Shown: positions 1 to 11,405 of the stretch, in pieces
Numbering within the stretch: the first letter of the stretch is position 1
Layout: the number at the start of each line of letters is the position of its first letter
Source: Amphiscolops sp. MND2022
Taxonomy: Eukaryota
DNA: 64,000 nt
Direction: 5' to 3'
Assembly (NCBI GenBank): GCA_964187785.1
Contig: OZ076409.1
Span: forward strand, 70,806,001 to 70,870,000
The notes under the pieces: generated by a model
What the model was told of the DNA's origin: nothing
What the model saw: the letters and a program-made list of their open reading frames with translations, nothing else
Databases searched by the model: none
Program-made: the position numbers and the translations under genes

Positions 1-590
1 GAGATATAGCGTTTTTCCGGAGCGGGGGGGTTTCATCTTTCTAACGGTCCAGCTTATCTTTGCCATTTTTTCGAAAATGCACTCGCCTAAAGGCCTCCCC
101 TGGCCGGTTTTATTCCCAGCAAAACCATTTGGCCCTAAATACGGAGTTTCAGCGTTCCAGCATTCCCGGGCAAAAAGTTGTGGGACTTAGAAAATTTCAA
201 AAATTTTCAAAATTTTTTTTTCCGTTATTTGGGCCCCCAAAGTGGGGGAAAAGACCCCCCAACCAGTAAAGCAAGTGAATGCATGTGCAAAGCCCTTGTT
301 TAGAGGAGAAAAATGCCGTTTAGAACGTCTTTTTATCTTGGCTCAACGTTGACTTATGACGTTTTGAAGGTGATGTTTGGAGGTGTAAAGCACGTGAATA
401 GTAAACGTTATGAGTATTTATCTGATCTGAAAGCCATTGAGATGCAATATGGTTTGCTCAAAACGTAATTCATTGCAGTTTGGCAATCAATCAACACCCT
501 TTGTTGTCGTTTGACATACTTTTTTGTTGTTATAATAAAAAATTTTGTGTATTTATTCATTTTTTTCTCATCAAATAACTTGAAACAGTT

Positions 591-635
591 GAGTACATTC
601 CATCCCCCCCTTCCGGGGGAGATGAGAATGTACTC
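591..635 (+). other. Internal bulged hairpin GAGTACATTC-CATC...GATG-A-GAATGTACTC (representative; one per 1.3-kb, F and G unit)
   Basis: Inverted repeat read directly; recurs about 200 nt upstream of the terminal hairpin in 1.3-kb units. Confidence 0.85.
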
Positions 636-841
636 GCAAAAAGCACCGAACTACGGCCCTTACCTTCCCGAGCTACGCAGTATAGGGATTACATATTGGT
701 TCCGACATTTTCATAGAGTTAAATCTTGGTAATCTGTCTGGATATGCAGAAAAATCAGCACGTGCCTTTTAATACCAAGTTGCTTACAACGACAATTATT
801 TTATATCAACGCCCCCATATTTATCAACGCCCCCCGTCCGT

Positions 842-861
842 GGGCATGCCGAGGCATGCCC
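842..861 (+). other. Conserved terminal palindrome GGGCATGCC-GA-GGCATGCCC (representative of 38 copies)
   Basis: Perfect 9-bp inverted repeat, extended by CGTC...GACG; lies about 35-55 nt upstream of the CTAG junction. Confidence 0.95.
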
Positions 862-904
862 TTCGACGACGTATACCAAGATATGCGTTAACGCGTTAGC
901 CTAG

Positions 905-2878
905 GTGCGGGGGGGTAACCCCAACAAATATATTGGAGGATTCGGTTAGGGTCCTGAATCCGATTTTAACTCTAATAGCTATCGATAGGAAATCGTGCAA
1001 AAATTTCGGGATCTCGTGATCTAACCATAGGATTTTAAAGTTGGAGCGGCCCCCACCAGATTTTCCAAAGTTATTCGCCCCCCACCGGGTTCCAGCGTGA
1101 TTGAAATATTTTGACGGGGTACACGGGCGACCGTTAGGGGTCATTTTGGGGGTAAAATTTATATCCGGTCGCATAACTTTTTTCCTGTTGGTTTAAAACT
1201 TTGGGACCCTGCTAAAAGTTTCTTGACCGTGTTGCAGTGGCTCCGGAGGTCCAAACCAAATTTTTCTATCTTGAAGCTATCTCCAAGTACCCCCCCGCTC
1301 AAACCGTTATTTTTCCGGAAACGCAGGTTTTTGACCCGGAAGGAGTCGTCTGAGCGCGTGGTCGTTAGGTGATGTTTTGGGGACGGCCTTGAGACGAAGT
1401 GGGGGACATGTAGTTTGCCAACCTCAGTTTACCCCCCGGACGGGAAATGACCGTTATATGAGCGGGAAAATTGCCCCCCTCCACGTTTAACCGCTATTTC
1501 CGGTGTGAAGGAGTGGGAGTAGCGCGTCGGGTGTCATATATCAAAAGTAGGTTTAGACAAGGACCTATCGGAAACATGTAGTTTGGGACCCCCTGGTCCA
1601 ACCCGTTAGCGAGAAATGGCGCTTCCGCCTCCTTTTTTTACTGCTAAAACCGTAAAATGGGCATTGAGGGGTAAATATCTCGTGAACGCGTGGAGCAATC
1701 GTGTCCATCACTACTACAAGGTTTCATACCCATGATATGGTGCCTTCAGGGGGGCAAACAGATTTCCGCTATCTATCACCGTTACCGACTTGGCCCCCCA
1801 GCCTAACCGCTATGTGACCGGAAATGTCACTTTTTGAGCCCAAAGGGTCGGTCCCAGCCGGGGAACGTTAGGAAACTTATTGTAGTACTCAATGAGACGA
1901 GTTGGGGGATATAGTTTCAGTCACCCCCCGTTACCCCTTGGGACCGGAAATGACCGTTATGTGGGTAAAATTGCAATTTTTATACTTTTTCAAGTGTATT
2001 TAGGTGCGGAAGGCGTGGTAATAGGTGCTTGGACACTATATGAGGTAAGGGAGGACGTGAGGCGAGCATTCGGAAATAACCGTTATGTTGACCCTAAAGT
2101 CCCCCTGGTACCGTAAACGACCGGAAATGGTCAAATTTTGTGTCTATTGGGTACAAATAATTATTATTTTGTAGATAAAAGTTTCTTTTAGGTGTTTCGA
2201 CGGTCTGCAATAGTGAACATAGTCATGAAACCTTGTGGGGGGTAACGGGGTATATAGCACCGGAAGTCCAAACCGTTGGACACAGGATAGGTTTTTGGTT
2301 TGAAAATGTCTTTCGGCGTACTTTTGTCGACTATTATGGACTATTATTAAAAATTAAAGATTTTCCATATAGTTTCAGAGACTCCGAAACCTCAACCAAC
2401 ATAACCGTTACATTTTGATAGCCTTTCAAGTTGGCCTGGTGTCAACTTGGAAGCGCTATCCTTCTGAAATCGTTAATCAAGAGTGTTTTTGGGTAGGTAT
2501 ATATTGCATTAGTACCAATTAGAGCTTCATCAACAGTGTATCAACGACAAAAACTATGCCGTCATGATTCCGTTATCAGAATCATAGTGAGCAAATTGTT
2601 GAAAAAAATGGTTTTTTCCATACAAAATGTGTCCTAAATGCCAGGAAACCTATTTACCTAACAAATGGTATTAATTGGAATGTATGTAACAGAGTTATAA
2701 AAGTTCAAATTGAATATTACATTTCATTATGGAAGCTGAAACGTCATATTTTAGTTTAATTAACGTCCACGCCACATACTTTACATCAACGCCCACCGTC
2801 TGTGGGCATGCCGAGGCATGCCCTTCGACGACGTATACCAAATACATACCCAAACGACGCCCGTACATCCCGGGCTAG
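905..2878 (+). mobile_element. Family A unit (1974 bp)
   Basis: Starts GTGCGGGGGGG; GATAGCC hairpin 2417-2460; terminal hairpin and CTAG. Confidence 0.6.
2417..2460 (+). other. Family A internal hairpin GATAGCC-TTTCAAGTTG...CAACTTGGAA-(G/C)GCTATC (representative)
   Basis: Imperfect inverted repeat in all 8 A units (e.g. 5676-5719, 10944-10987); diverged copy at 52382-52426. Confidence 0.8.
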
Positions 2879-4164
2879 GTGCCGGGATTTCCATTCGATA
2901 AGGAATTCTGCGCGTGTGGGTAGGGCCCCTGGCGCGCTCCTGTGTTTTCGGTTTTCCTACTCCAAATTCACACCCCAGTTATCTCCGATCTCGTAAACTA
3001 TCCATACGATTTGGCTGAAATTTGGCACACGTACCCCCCTCGGCACGGTGAAGATGATTTCCTACTGACGTTTTTCCCGCTAAACATTTTTTGTTGACCA
3101 AAATAACGGTTTTTGGGGTAAAATTTTCAACTTTTTTTAAATTTTATCTTATATCTCGCCACGGGTACACGCTAGCGCTTCCAAACCTTGCTGACGAAAG
3201 TTTGCAAACTGTCTCAGGAATGCTGTGTGAAATTTTCAGCTCAATCGGACTTAAACTCGAGGAGATATAGCGTTTTTCCGGAGCGGGGGGGTTTCATTTT
3301 TCTAACGGTCCAGCTTATCTTTGCCATTTTTTCGAAAATGCACTCGCCTAAAGGCCTCCCCTGGCCGGTTTTATTCCCAGCAAAACCATTTGGCCCTAAA
3401 TACGGAGTTTCAGCGTTCCAGCATTCCCGGGCGAAAAGTTGTGGGACTTAGAAAATTTCAAAAATTTTCAAAAATTTTTTTTCCGTTATTTGGGCCCCCA
3501 AAGTGGGGGAAAAGACCCCCCAACCAGTAAAGCAAGTGAAAGCATGTGCAAAGCCCTTGTTTAGAGGAGAAAAATGCCGTTTAGAACGTCTTTTTATCTT
3601 GGCTCAACGTTGACTTATGACGTTTTGAAGGTGATGTTTGGAGGTGTAAATCACGTGAATAGTAAACGTTATGAGTATTTATCTGATCTGAAAGCCATTG
3701 AGATGCAATATGGTTTGCTCAAAACGTAATTCATGGCAGTTTGGCAATCAATCAACACCCTTTGTTGTCGTTTGACATACTTTTTTGTTGTTATAATAAA
3801 AATTTTGTGTATTTGTTCATTTTTTTCTCATCAAATAACTTGAAACAGTTGAGTACATTCCATCCCCCCTTCCGGGGGAGATGAGAATGTACTCGCAAAA
3901 AGCAGCGAATTACGGCCCTTACCTTCCCGAGCTACGCAGTATAAGGATTACATATTGGTTCCGACATTTTCATAGAGTTAAATCTTGGTAATCTGTCTGG
4001 ATATGCAGAAAAATCAGCACGTGCCTTTTAATACCAAGTTGCTCACAACGACAATTATTTTATATCAACGCCCCCATATTTATCAACGCCCCCCGTCCGT
4101 GGGCATGCCGAGGCATGCCCTTCGACGACGTATACCAAGATATACATCGAGCGCGTTAGCCTAG
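2879..4164 (+). mobile_element. 1.3-kb-class unit, B type (1286 bp)
   Basis: Bounded by CTAG|GTG junctions; left hairpin 2910-2937. Confidence 0.6.
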
Positions 4165-6135
4165 GTGCGGGGGGGTAACCCCAACTTTTTTCTTGGAGGA
4201 ATCGGGTAGGGTCCTGATTCCGAGCTTAGTGCCGCCAGCTATCGTTAAAAACCCATACCTTTTAAACCCGATCTCGGGAACTAACCACGCCCCTTCTTTA
4301 ATTTTTTGGCCCCCACTCACTTTTTGAGAGTAGATCGCCCCCCATTGGGTTCGATGTTGGGCAAAAATGGAGATCATGGGTAACGGGGACCGTTAAGGGG
4401 TAACTCAGGGGGTAAAATTTATTTTTTGCGTCATATCTTTTCCCCCCGTGGATTTAGCGCTTCCGGTCAGCAGACAAAACCTCATGTACGTGATACGGGG
4501 CCTCCATAGGTCCAAACAAAATTTTTCTATCATGCACCGTTACGGACTTGGCCCCCCGGCCCAACCGTTATTTTACCGGAAATTGCACTTTTTGACCGGG
4601 AAGGAGTCGTCTGAGCACGGAGTCGTTTGGTAATGTTTTGTAGTGCATCTGGAGACGTGTTGGGGGACATGTAGTTTGCCGGCCCCAGTTTACCCCCCGG
4701 ACGGGAAATGACCGTTATGTGAGTTTTAAAACTACCCCCCTTCAATTTTCCCCGTTATTTCCGGTGTGAAGGAGTGGGAGTAGCGCGTCGGGTGCCATAT
4801 ATCAAAAGTAGGTTTAGACAAGGACCAACCGGAAACTTGTAGTTTGGGACCCCCTGACCCAACCCGTTAGCCGTTATAAGGGTGATCGCCTCCTTTTTTT
4901 ACTCTCAAAACCGGAAAATGGGCATTGAGGGGTAAATATCTCGTGAACGCGTGGAGCAATCGTGTCCATCACTACTACAAGGTTTCATACCCATGATATG
5001 GTGCCTTCAGGGGGGCAAACAGATTACCGCTATCTATCACCGTTACCGACTTGGCCCCCCAGCCTAACCGCTATGTGACCGGAAATGTCACTTTTTGAGC
5101 CCAAAGGGTCGGTCCCAGCCGGGGAACGTTAGGTAACTTATTGTAGTACTCAATGAGACGAGTTGGGGGATATAGTTTTAGTCACCCCCCGTTACCCCTT
5201 GGGACCGGAAATGACCGTTATGTGGGTAAAATTGCAATTTTTATACTTTTTCAAGTGTATTTAGGTGCGGAAGGAGTGGTAATAGGTGCTTGGACACTAT
5301 ATGAGGTAAGGGAGGACGTGAGGCGTGCATTCGGAAATAACCGTTATGTTGACCCTAAAGTCCCCCTGGTACCGTAAACGACCGGAAATGGTCAAATTTT
5401 GTGTCTATTGGGTACAAATGTTTTGTATTTTGTAGATAAAAGTATCTATTAGGTGTTTCGACGGTCTACAGTAGTGAACATAGTCATGAAACCTTGTGGG
5501 GGGTAACGGTATATAGCACCGGAAGTCAAAACGTTGGAGACAGGATAGGTTTTTTGGTTTTAAAATGTCTTTCGGCGTAATTTTTCCGACTCTTGTGGAC
5601 TATTTTTAAAAATTAAAGTTTTTCCATATAGTTTCAGAGACTCCGAAACCTCAACCAACATAACCGTTACCTTATGATAGCCTTTCAAGTTGGCCTGGTG
5701 TCAACTTGGAAGCGCTATCCTTCTGAAATCGTTAATCAAGAGTGTTTTTGGGTAGGTATATATTGCATTAGTACCAATTAGAGCTTCATCAACAGTGTAT
5801 CAACGACAAAAACTATGCCGTCATGATTCCGTTATTAGAATCATAGTGAGCAAATTGTTGAAAAAATGGTTTTTTCCATACAAAATGTGTCCTAAATGCC
5901 AGGCAACCTATTTACCTAACAAATGGTATTAATTGGAATGTTTGTAACAGATTTATAAAAGTTCAAATTGATAATTACATTTCATTATGGAAGCTGAAAC
6001 GTCATATTTTAGTTTAATTAACGTCAACGCCACACACTTTACATCAACGCACACCGTCTGTGGGCATGCCGAGGCATGCCCTTCGACGACGTATGACAAA
6101 TCCATATCAAACGACGCCCGTACATCCCGGGCTAG
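4165..6135 (+). mobile_element. Family A unit with divergent 5' ~600 bp (1971 bp)
   Basis: 3' two-thirds near-identical to 905-2878; 5' part diverged but colinear. Confidence 0.6.
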
Positions 6136-8109
6136 GTGCGGGGGGGAAACCCCATCCCTTATCTTGGAGGATTCGGGTAGGGTCCTGAATCCGAGTTCAG
6201 TGCCGCCAGCTCTCAGTAGAAATCTGGGAAATTTTTTGCGATCTCGTGATCTAACCATAGGATTTTAAAGTTGGAGCGGCCCCCACCAGATTTTCCAAAG
6301 TTATTCGCCCCCCACCGGGTTCCAGCGTGATTGAAATATTTCGTCGGGGTACACGGGCGACCGTTAGGGGTCATTTTGGGGGTAAAATTTATATCCGGTC
6401 GCATAACTTTTTTCCTGTTGGTTTAAAACTTTGGGACCCTGCTAAAAGTTTCTTGACCTTGTTGCAGTGGCTCCGGAGGTCCAAACCAAATTTTTCTATC
6501 TTGAAGCTATCTCCAAGTACCCCCCCGCCCAAACCGTTATTTTTCCGGAAACGCAGGTTTTTGACCCGGAAGGAGTCGTCTGAGCGCGGGGTCGTTAGGT
6601 GATGTATTGGGGACGGCCTTGAGACGAAGCGGGGGACATGTAGTTTGCCGACCCCAGTTTACCCCCCGGACGGGAAATGACCGTTATATGAGCGGGAAAA
6701 AGGCCCCCCTCCACGTTTTACCGCTATTTCCGGTGTGAAGGAGTGGGAGTAGCGCGTCGAGTGTTATATAACAAAAGTAGGTTTAGACAAGGACCTATCG
6801 GAAACATGTAGTTTGGGACCCCCTGGACCAACCCGTTAGCGGGAAATGGGGCTTCCGCCTCCTTTTTTTACGATTAAAAACGGAAAATGGGCATTGAGGG
6901 GTAAATATCTCGTGAACGCGTGGAGCTACGGTGTCCTTCACTACTACAAGGTTTCATACCCATGATATGGTGCCTTCAGGGGGGCAAACAGATTTCCGCT
7001 ATCTATCACCGTTACGGACTTGGCCCCCCAGCCTAACCGTTAAGTGACCGGAAATGTCATATTTTGAGCCCAAAGGGTCGGTCTCAGCCAGGGAACGTTA
7101 GGTAACTTATTGTAGTACTCATTGAGACGAGTTGGGGGACATAGTTTCAGTCACCCCCCGTTACCCCTTAGGACCGGAAATGACCGTTATGTGAGTAAAA
7201 ATGCCATTTTTGTCCTATTTGAAGGTCATTTAGATGCGGAAGGAGTGGTAATAGGTGCTTGGACACTATATGAGGTAAGGGAGGACGTGAGGCGGGCATT
7301 CAGACATAACCGTTATGTTGACCCCAAAGTCCCCCTGGTACCGTAAACGACCGGAAATGGTCAAATTTTGTGTCTATTGGGTACAAATGTTTGGTATTTT
7401 GTAAATGAAAGTATCTATTAGGTGTTTCGACGGTTTGCAGTAGTGAACATAGTCATGAAACCTTGTGGGGGGTAACGGTATATAGCACCGGAAATCCGAA
7501 CCGTTGGAGACAGGATAAGTTTTTTGGTTTTAAAACGTCTTTCGGCCTACTTTTGTCGACTATTATGGTCTATTTTTGAAAAAATAAATTTTTCCATATA
7601 GTTTTAGAGACTCCGAAACCTCAACCAACATAACCGTTACCTTATGATAGCCTTTCAAGTTGGCCTGGTGTCAACTTGGAAGGGCTATCCTTCAAAAATC
7701 ATTAATCAAGTGTGTTTTTGAGTATGTTTGTATTACTTTAGAATCAATTAGAGCTTCAAGAAAAGTTTGCCAACGACAAAAACTATGTTGTGATGATTCC
7801 GTTATTAGAATACTTGTTAACAAAGTTTTAAAAACGTTGATTTTTTACATTTCAAATGTGTCCTAAATGCCAGAAAACCTCTTTACCAAACAAATGGTAT
7901 TGATTGAATTGTATATAACAGCTAATAAAAGTTCAAACTGAATATTACGTTTCATTTTGGAAGCTGAAACGTCATTTTATAGTTTCATTAACGTCAACGC
8001 CACATACTTTACATCAACGCCCACCGTCCGTAGGCATGCCGAGGCATGCCTTTCGACGACGTATACCAAATTCCTTTAACACAACACCCCCGAGCGCGTT
8101 AGCAGCTAG
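6136..8109 (+). mobile_element. Family A unit (1974 bp)
   Basis: Junction-bounded; compensatory terminal hairpin variant 8032-8051. Confidence 0.6.
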
Positions 8110-9411
8110 GTGCCGGTGTCTTTTTACACAATGGGGGAAGTTGCGCGGTTGGGGAGGGTCCCTGACGCGCTTCCGTGAGATCAGGTTTTTCAACTAGTGA
8201 AATCGACAAAGAAAATTGAGATCTCGTAAACTAGCCATACGATTTGGCTGAAATTTGGCACACGTACCCCCCTCGGCACGGTGAAGATGATTTCCTACTG
8301 ACGTTTTTCCCGCTAAACATTTTTTGTTGACCAAAATAACGGTTTTTGGGGTAAAATTTTCAACTTTTTTTAAATTTCATCTTATATCTCGCCACGGGTG
8401 CACGCTAGCGCTTCCGAATCTTGCTGACGAAAGTTTGCAAACTGTCTCAGGAATGCTGTGTGAAAATTTCAGCTCAATCGGACTAAATCGGGCTAAATTC
8501 GAGGAGATATAGCGTTTTTCCGGAGCGGGGGGGTTTCATTTCTCTAACGGTCCAGCTTATCTTTGCCATTTTTTCGAAAATGCACTCGCCTAAAGGCCTC
8601 CCCTGGCCGGTTTTATTCCCAGCAAAACCATTTGGCCCTAAATACGGAGTTTCAGCGTTCCAGCATTTTCGGGCGAAAAGTTGTGGGACTTCGAAAATTT
8701 CAAAAATTTTCAAAATATTTTTTTTTTTCGTTATTTGGGCCCCCAAAGTGGGGGAAAAGACCCCCCAACCAGTAAATCAAGTGAATGCATGTGGAAAGGC
8801 CATGTTTAGAGGAGAAAAATGCCGTTTAGAACGTCTTTTTATCTTGGCTCAACGTTGACTTATGACGTTTTGAAGGTGATGTTTGGAGGTGTAAAGCAAG
8901 TGAATAGTAAACGTTATGAGTATTTATCTGATCTGAAAGCCATTGAGATGCAATATGATTGCTCAAAACGTAATTCATTGCAGTTTGGCAATCAATCAAC
9001 ACCCTTTGTTGTCGTTTGACATACTTTTTTGTTGTTAAAATAAAAAATTTTGTGTATTTATTCATTTTTTTCTCATCAAATAACTTGGAACAGTTGAGTA
9101 CATTCCATCCCCCCCTTCCGGGGGAGATGAGAATGTACTCGCAAAAAGCACCGAACTACGGCCCTTACCTTCCCGAGCTACGCAGTATAAGGATTACATA
9201 TTGGTTCCGACATTTTCATAGAGTTATATCTTGGTAATCTGTCTGGATATGCCGAAAAATCAGCACGTGCCTTTTAATACCAAGTTGCTCACAACGACAA
9301 TTATTTTATATCAACGCCCCCATATTTATCAACGCCCCCCGTCCGTGGGCATGCCGAGGCATGCCCTTCGACGACCCGCACCAAAATATGCGTTAGCGCG
9401 GTAGCCGCTAG
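8110..9411 (+). mobile_element. 1.3-kb-class unit, C head (1302 bp)
   Basis: Head GTGCCGGTGTCTTTTTACAC shared with the units at 16642 and 39869. Confidence 0.6.
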
Positions 9412-11405
9412 GTGCGGGGGGGAAACCCCATCCCTTATCTTGGAGGATTCGGGTAGGGTCCTGAATCCGAGTTCAGTGCCGCCAGCTCTCAGTAGAAATC
9501 TGGGCATTTTTTTGCGATCTCGTGATCTAACCATAGGATTTTAAAGTTGGAGCGGCCCCCACCAGATTTTCCAAAGTTATTCGCCCCCCACCGGGTTCCA
9601 GCGTGATTGAAATATTTTGACGGGGTACACGGGCGACCGTTAGGGGTCATTTTGGGGGTAAAATTTATATCCGGTCGCATAACTTTTTTCCTGTTGGATT
9701 AAAACTTTGGGACCCTGCTAAAAGTTTCTTGACCGTGTTGCGGGGGCTCCGGAGGTCCAAACCAAATTTTTCTATCTTGAAGCTATCTCCAAGTACCCCC
9801 CCGCCCAAACCGTTATTTTTCCGGAAACGCAGGTTTTTGACCCGGAAGGAGTCGTCTGAGCGCGGGGTCGTTAGGTGATGTATTGGGGACGGCCTTGAGA
9901 CGAAGCGGGGGATATATAGTTTGCCGACCCCAGTTTACCCCCCGGACGGGAAATGACCGTTATATGAGCGGGAAAAATGCCCCCCTCCACGTTTTACCGC
10001 TATTTCCGGTGTGAAGGAGTGGGAGTAGCGCTTCGGGTGCCATATATCAAAAATAAGTTTAGACAAGGACCTATCGGAAACATGTAGTTTGGGACCCCCT
10101 GGACCAACCCGTTAGCGGGAAATGGGGCTTCCGCCTCCTTTTTTTACTGCTAAAACCGTAAAATGGGCATTGAGGGGTAAATATCTCGTGAACGCGTGGA
10201 GCAATCGTGTCCATCACTACTACAAGGTTTCATACCCATGATATGGTGCCTTCAGGGGGGCAAACAGATTTCCGCTATCTATCACCGTTACCGACTTGGC
10301 CCCCCAGCCTAACCGCTATGTGACCGGAAATGTCACTTTTTGAGCCCAAAGGGTCGGTCCCAGCCGGGGAACGTTAGGTAACTTATTGTAGTACTCAATG
10401 AGACGAGTTGGGGGATATAGTTTCAGTCAACCCCCGTTACCCCTTGGGACCGGAAATGACCGTTATGTGGGTAAATTTGCAATTTTTATACTCTTTGAAG
10501 TGTATTTAGGTGCGGAAGGAGTGGTAATAGGTGCTTGGACACTATATGATGTAATGGAGGTCGTGAGGAGAGCATTCGGAAATAACCGTTATGTTGACCC
10601 CAAAGTCCCCTTGGTACCGTTAACGACCGGAAATGGCCAAATTTTGTGTCTATTGGGTACAAATGTTTGGTATTTTATGGATAAAAGTACCTGGAAGGTG
10701 TTTTAAAGGCCTCCAGAAGTGAACATAGTCATGAAACCTTGTGGGGGGGTAACGGTATATAGCACCGGAAGTCCAAACCGTTGGTCACAGAATAGGTTTT
10801 TTGGTTTCAAAATGTCTTTAGGCATAGTTTTGTGGGTAGAATCGTCATAATATCAACTAATACGGACTTTTTTCGGAAATAAAATTTTTTCACATTAGTT
10901 TCAGGGACCTCCAATGCTTCAGTCAACATAACCGTTACATTTTGATAGCCTTTCAAGTTGACCTGGTGTCAACTTGGAAGGGCTATCCTTCTAAAATCGT
11001 TAATCAAGAGTGTTTTTGGGTAGGTATATGTTGCATTAGTACCAATTAGAGCTTCATCAACAGTTTGCCAACGGCAAAAACGATGTCGTGATAATTCCGT
11101 TATAAAAATATTAGTTAACAAATTGTTTTCAAAGTTGATTTTTTCCATTAAAAATGTGTCCTAATGCCACCAAATTGAATAAAATAATAAATGGTATTGA
11201 CTAAAACTAAATAACAATGAAAAAGAAGATCAACATTTTTATTAGGTCTCATTATGGAAGCTGAAACCTCACGTTTTAGTTTAATTAACGTCAACGCCAC
11301 ATACTTTACATCAACGCCCACCGTCTGTGGGCATGCCGAGGCATGCCCTTCGACGACGTATACCAAACAACCTCCATATCTACACCCACCCGCGGTAGCA
11401 GCTAG
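9412..11405 (+). mobile_element. Family A unit (1994 bp)
   Basis: Junction-bounded, homologous to 905-2878. Confidence 0.6.

Larger units (their letters stand above)
1..904 (+). mobile_element. Partial 1.3-kb-class unit (B-type body), putative non-autonomous Helitron-like element
   Basis: Near-identical to 3262-4164; internal hairpin 591-635, terminal hairpin 842-861, CTAG end. Confidence 0.6.

Noticed and set aside
824..907. CRISPR array (palindromic repeat with variable spacers)
   Set aside because: The intervening sequences are 1-2.4 kb and homologous to each other; no cas genes.
824..907. Bona fide bacterial integron attC sites (GCTAGGT resembles GTTRRRY; AAC upstream)
   Set aside because: The core lacks the invariant GTT, the AAC and the junction are not symmetric around the hairpin, cassettes have no ORFs and there is no intI. 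Kept only as an analogy.
901..907. Canonical Helitron tandem junction
   Set aside because: Expected CTRR|TC, observed CTAG|GTG, and the main hairpin is too far from the end. Helitron-like only, so no family is assigned.
8476..8500. About 12-bp local duplication (AATCGGACTAAATCGGGCTAAA) in one C unit
   Set aside because: Single-copy slippage event that explains 1302 versus 1290 bp; no wider significance.
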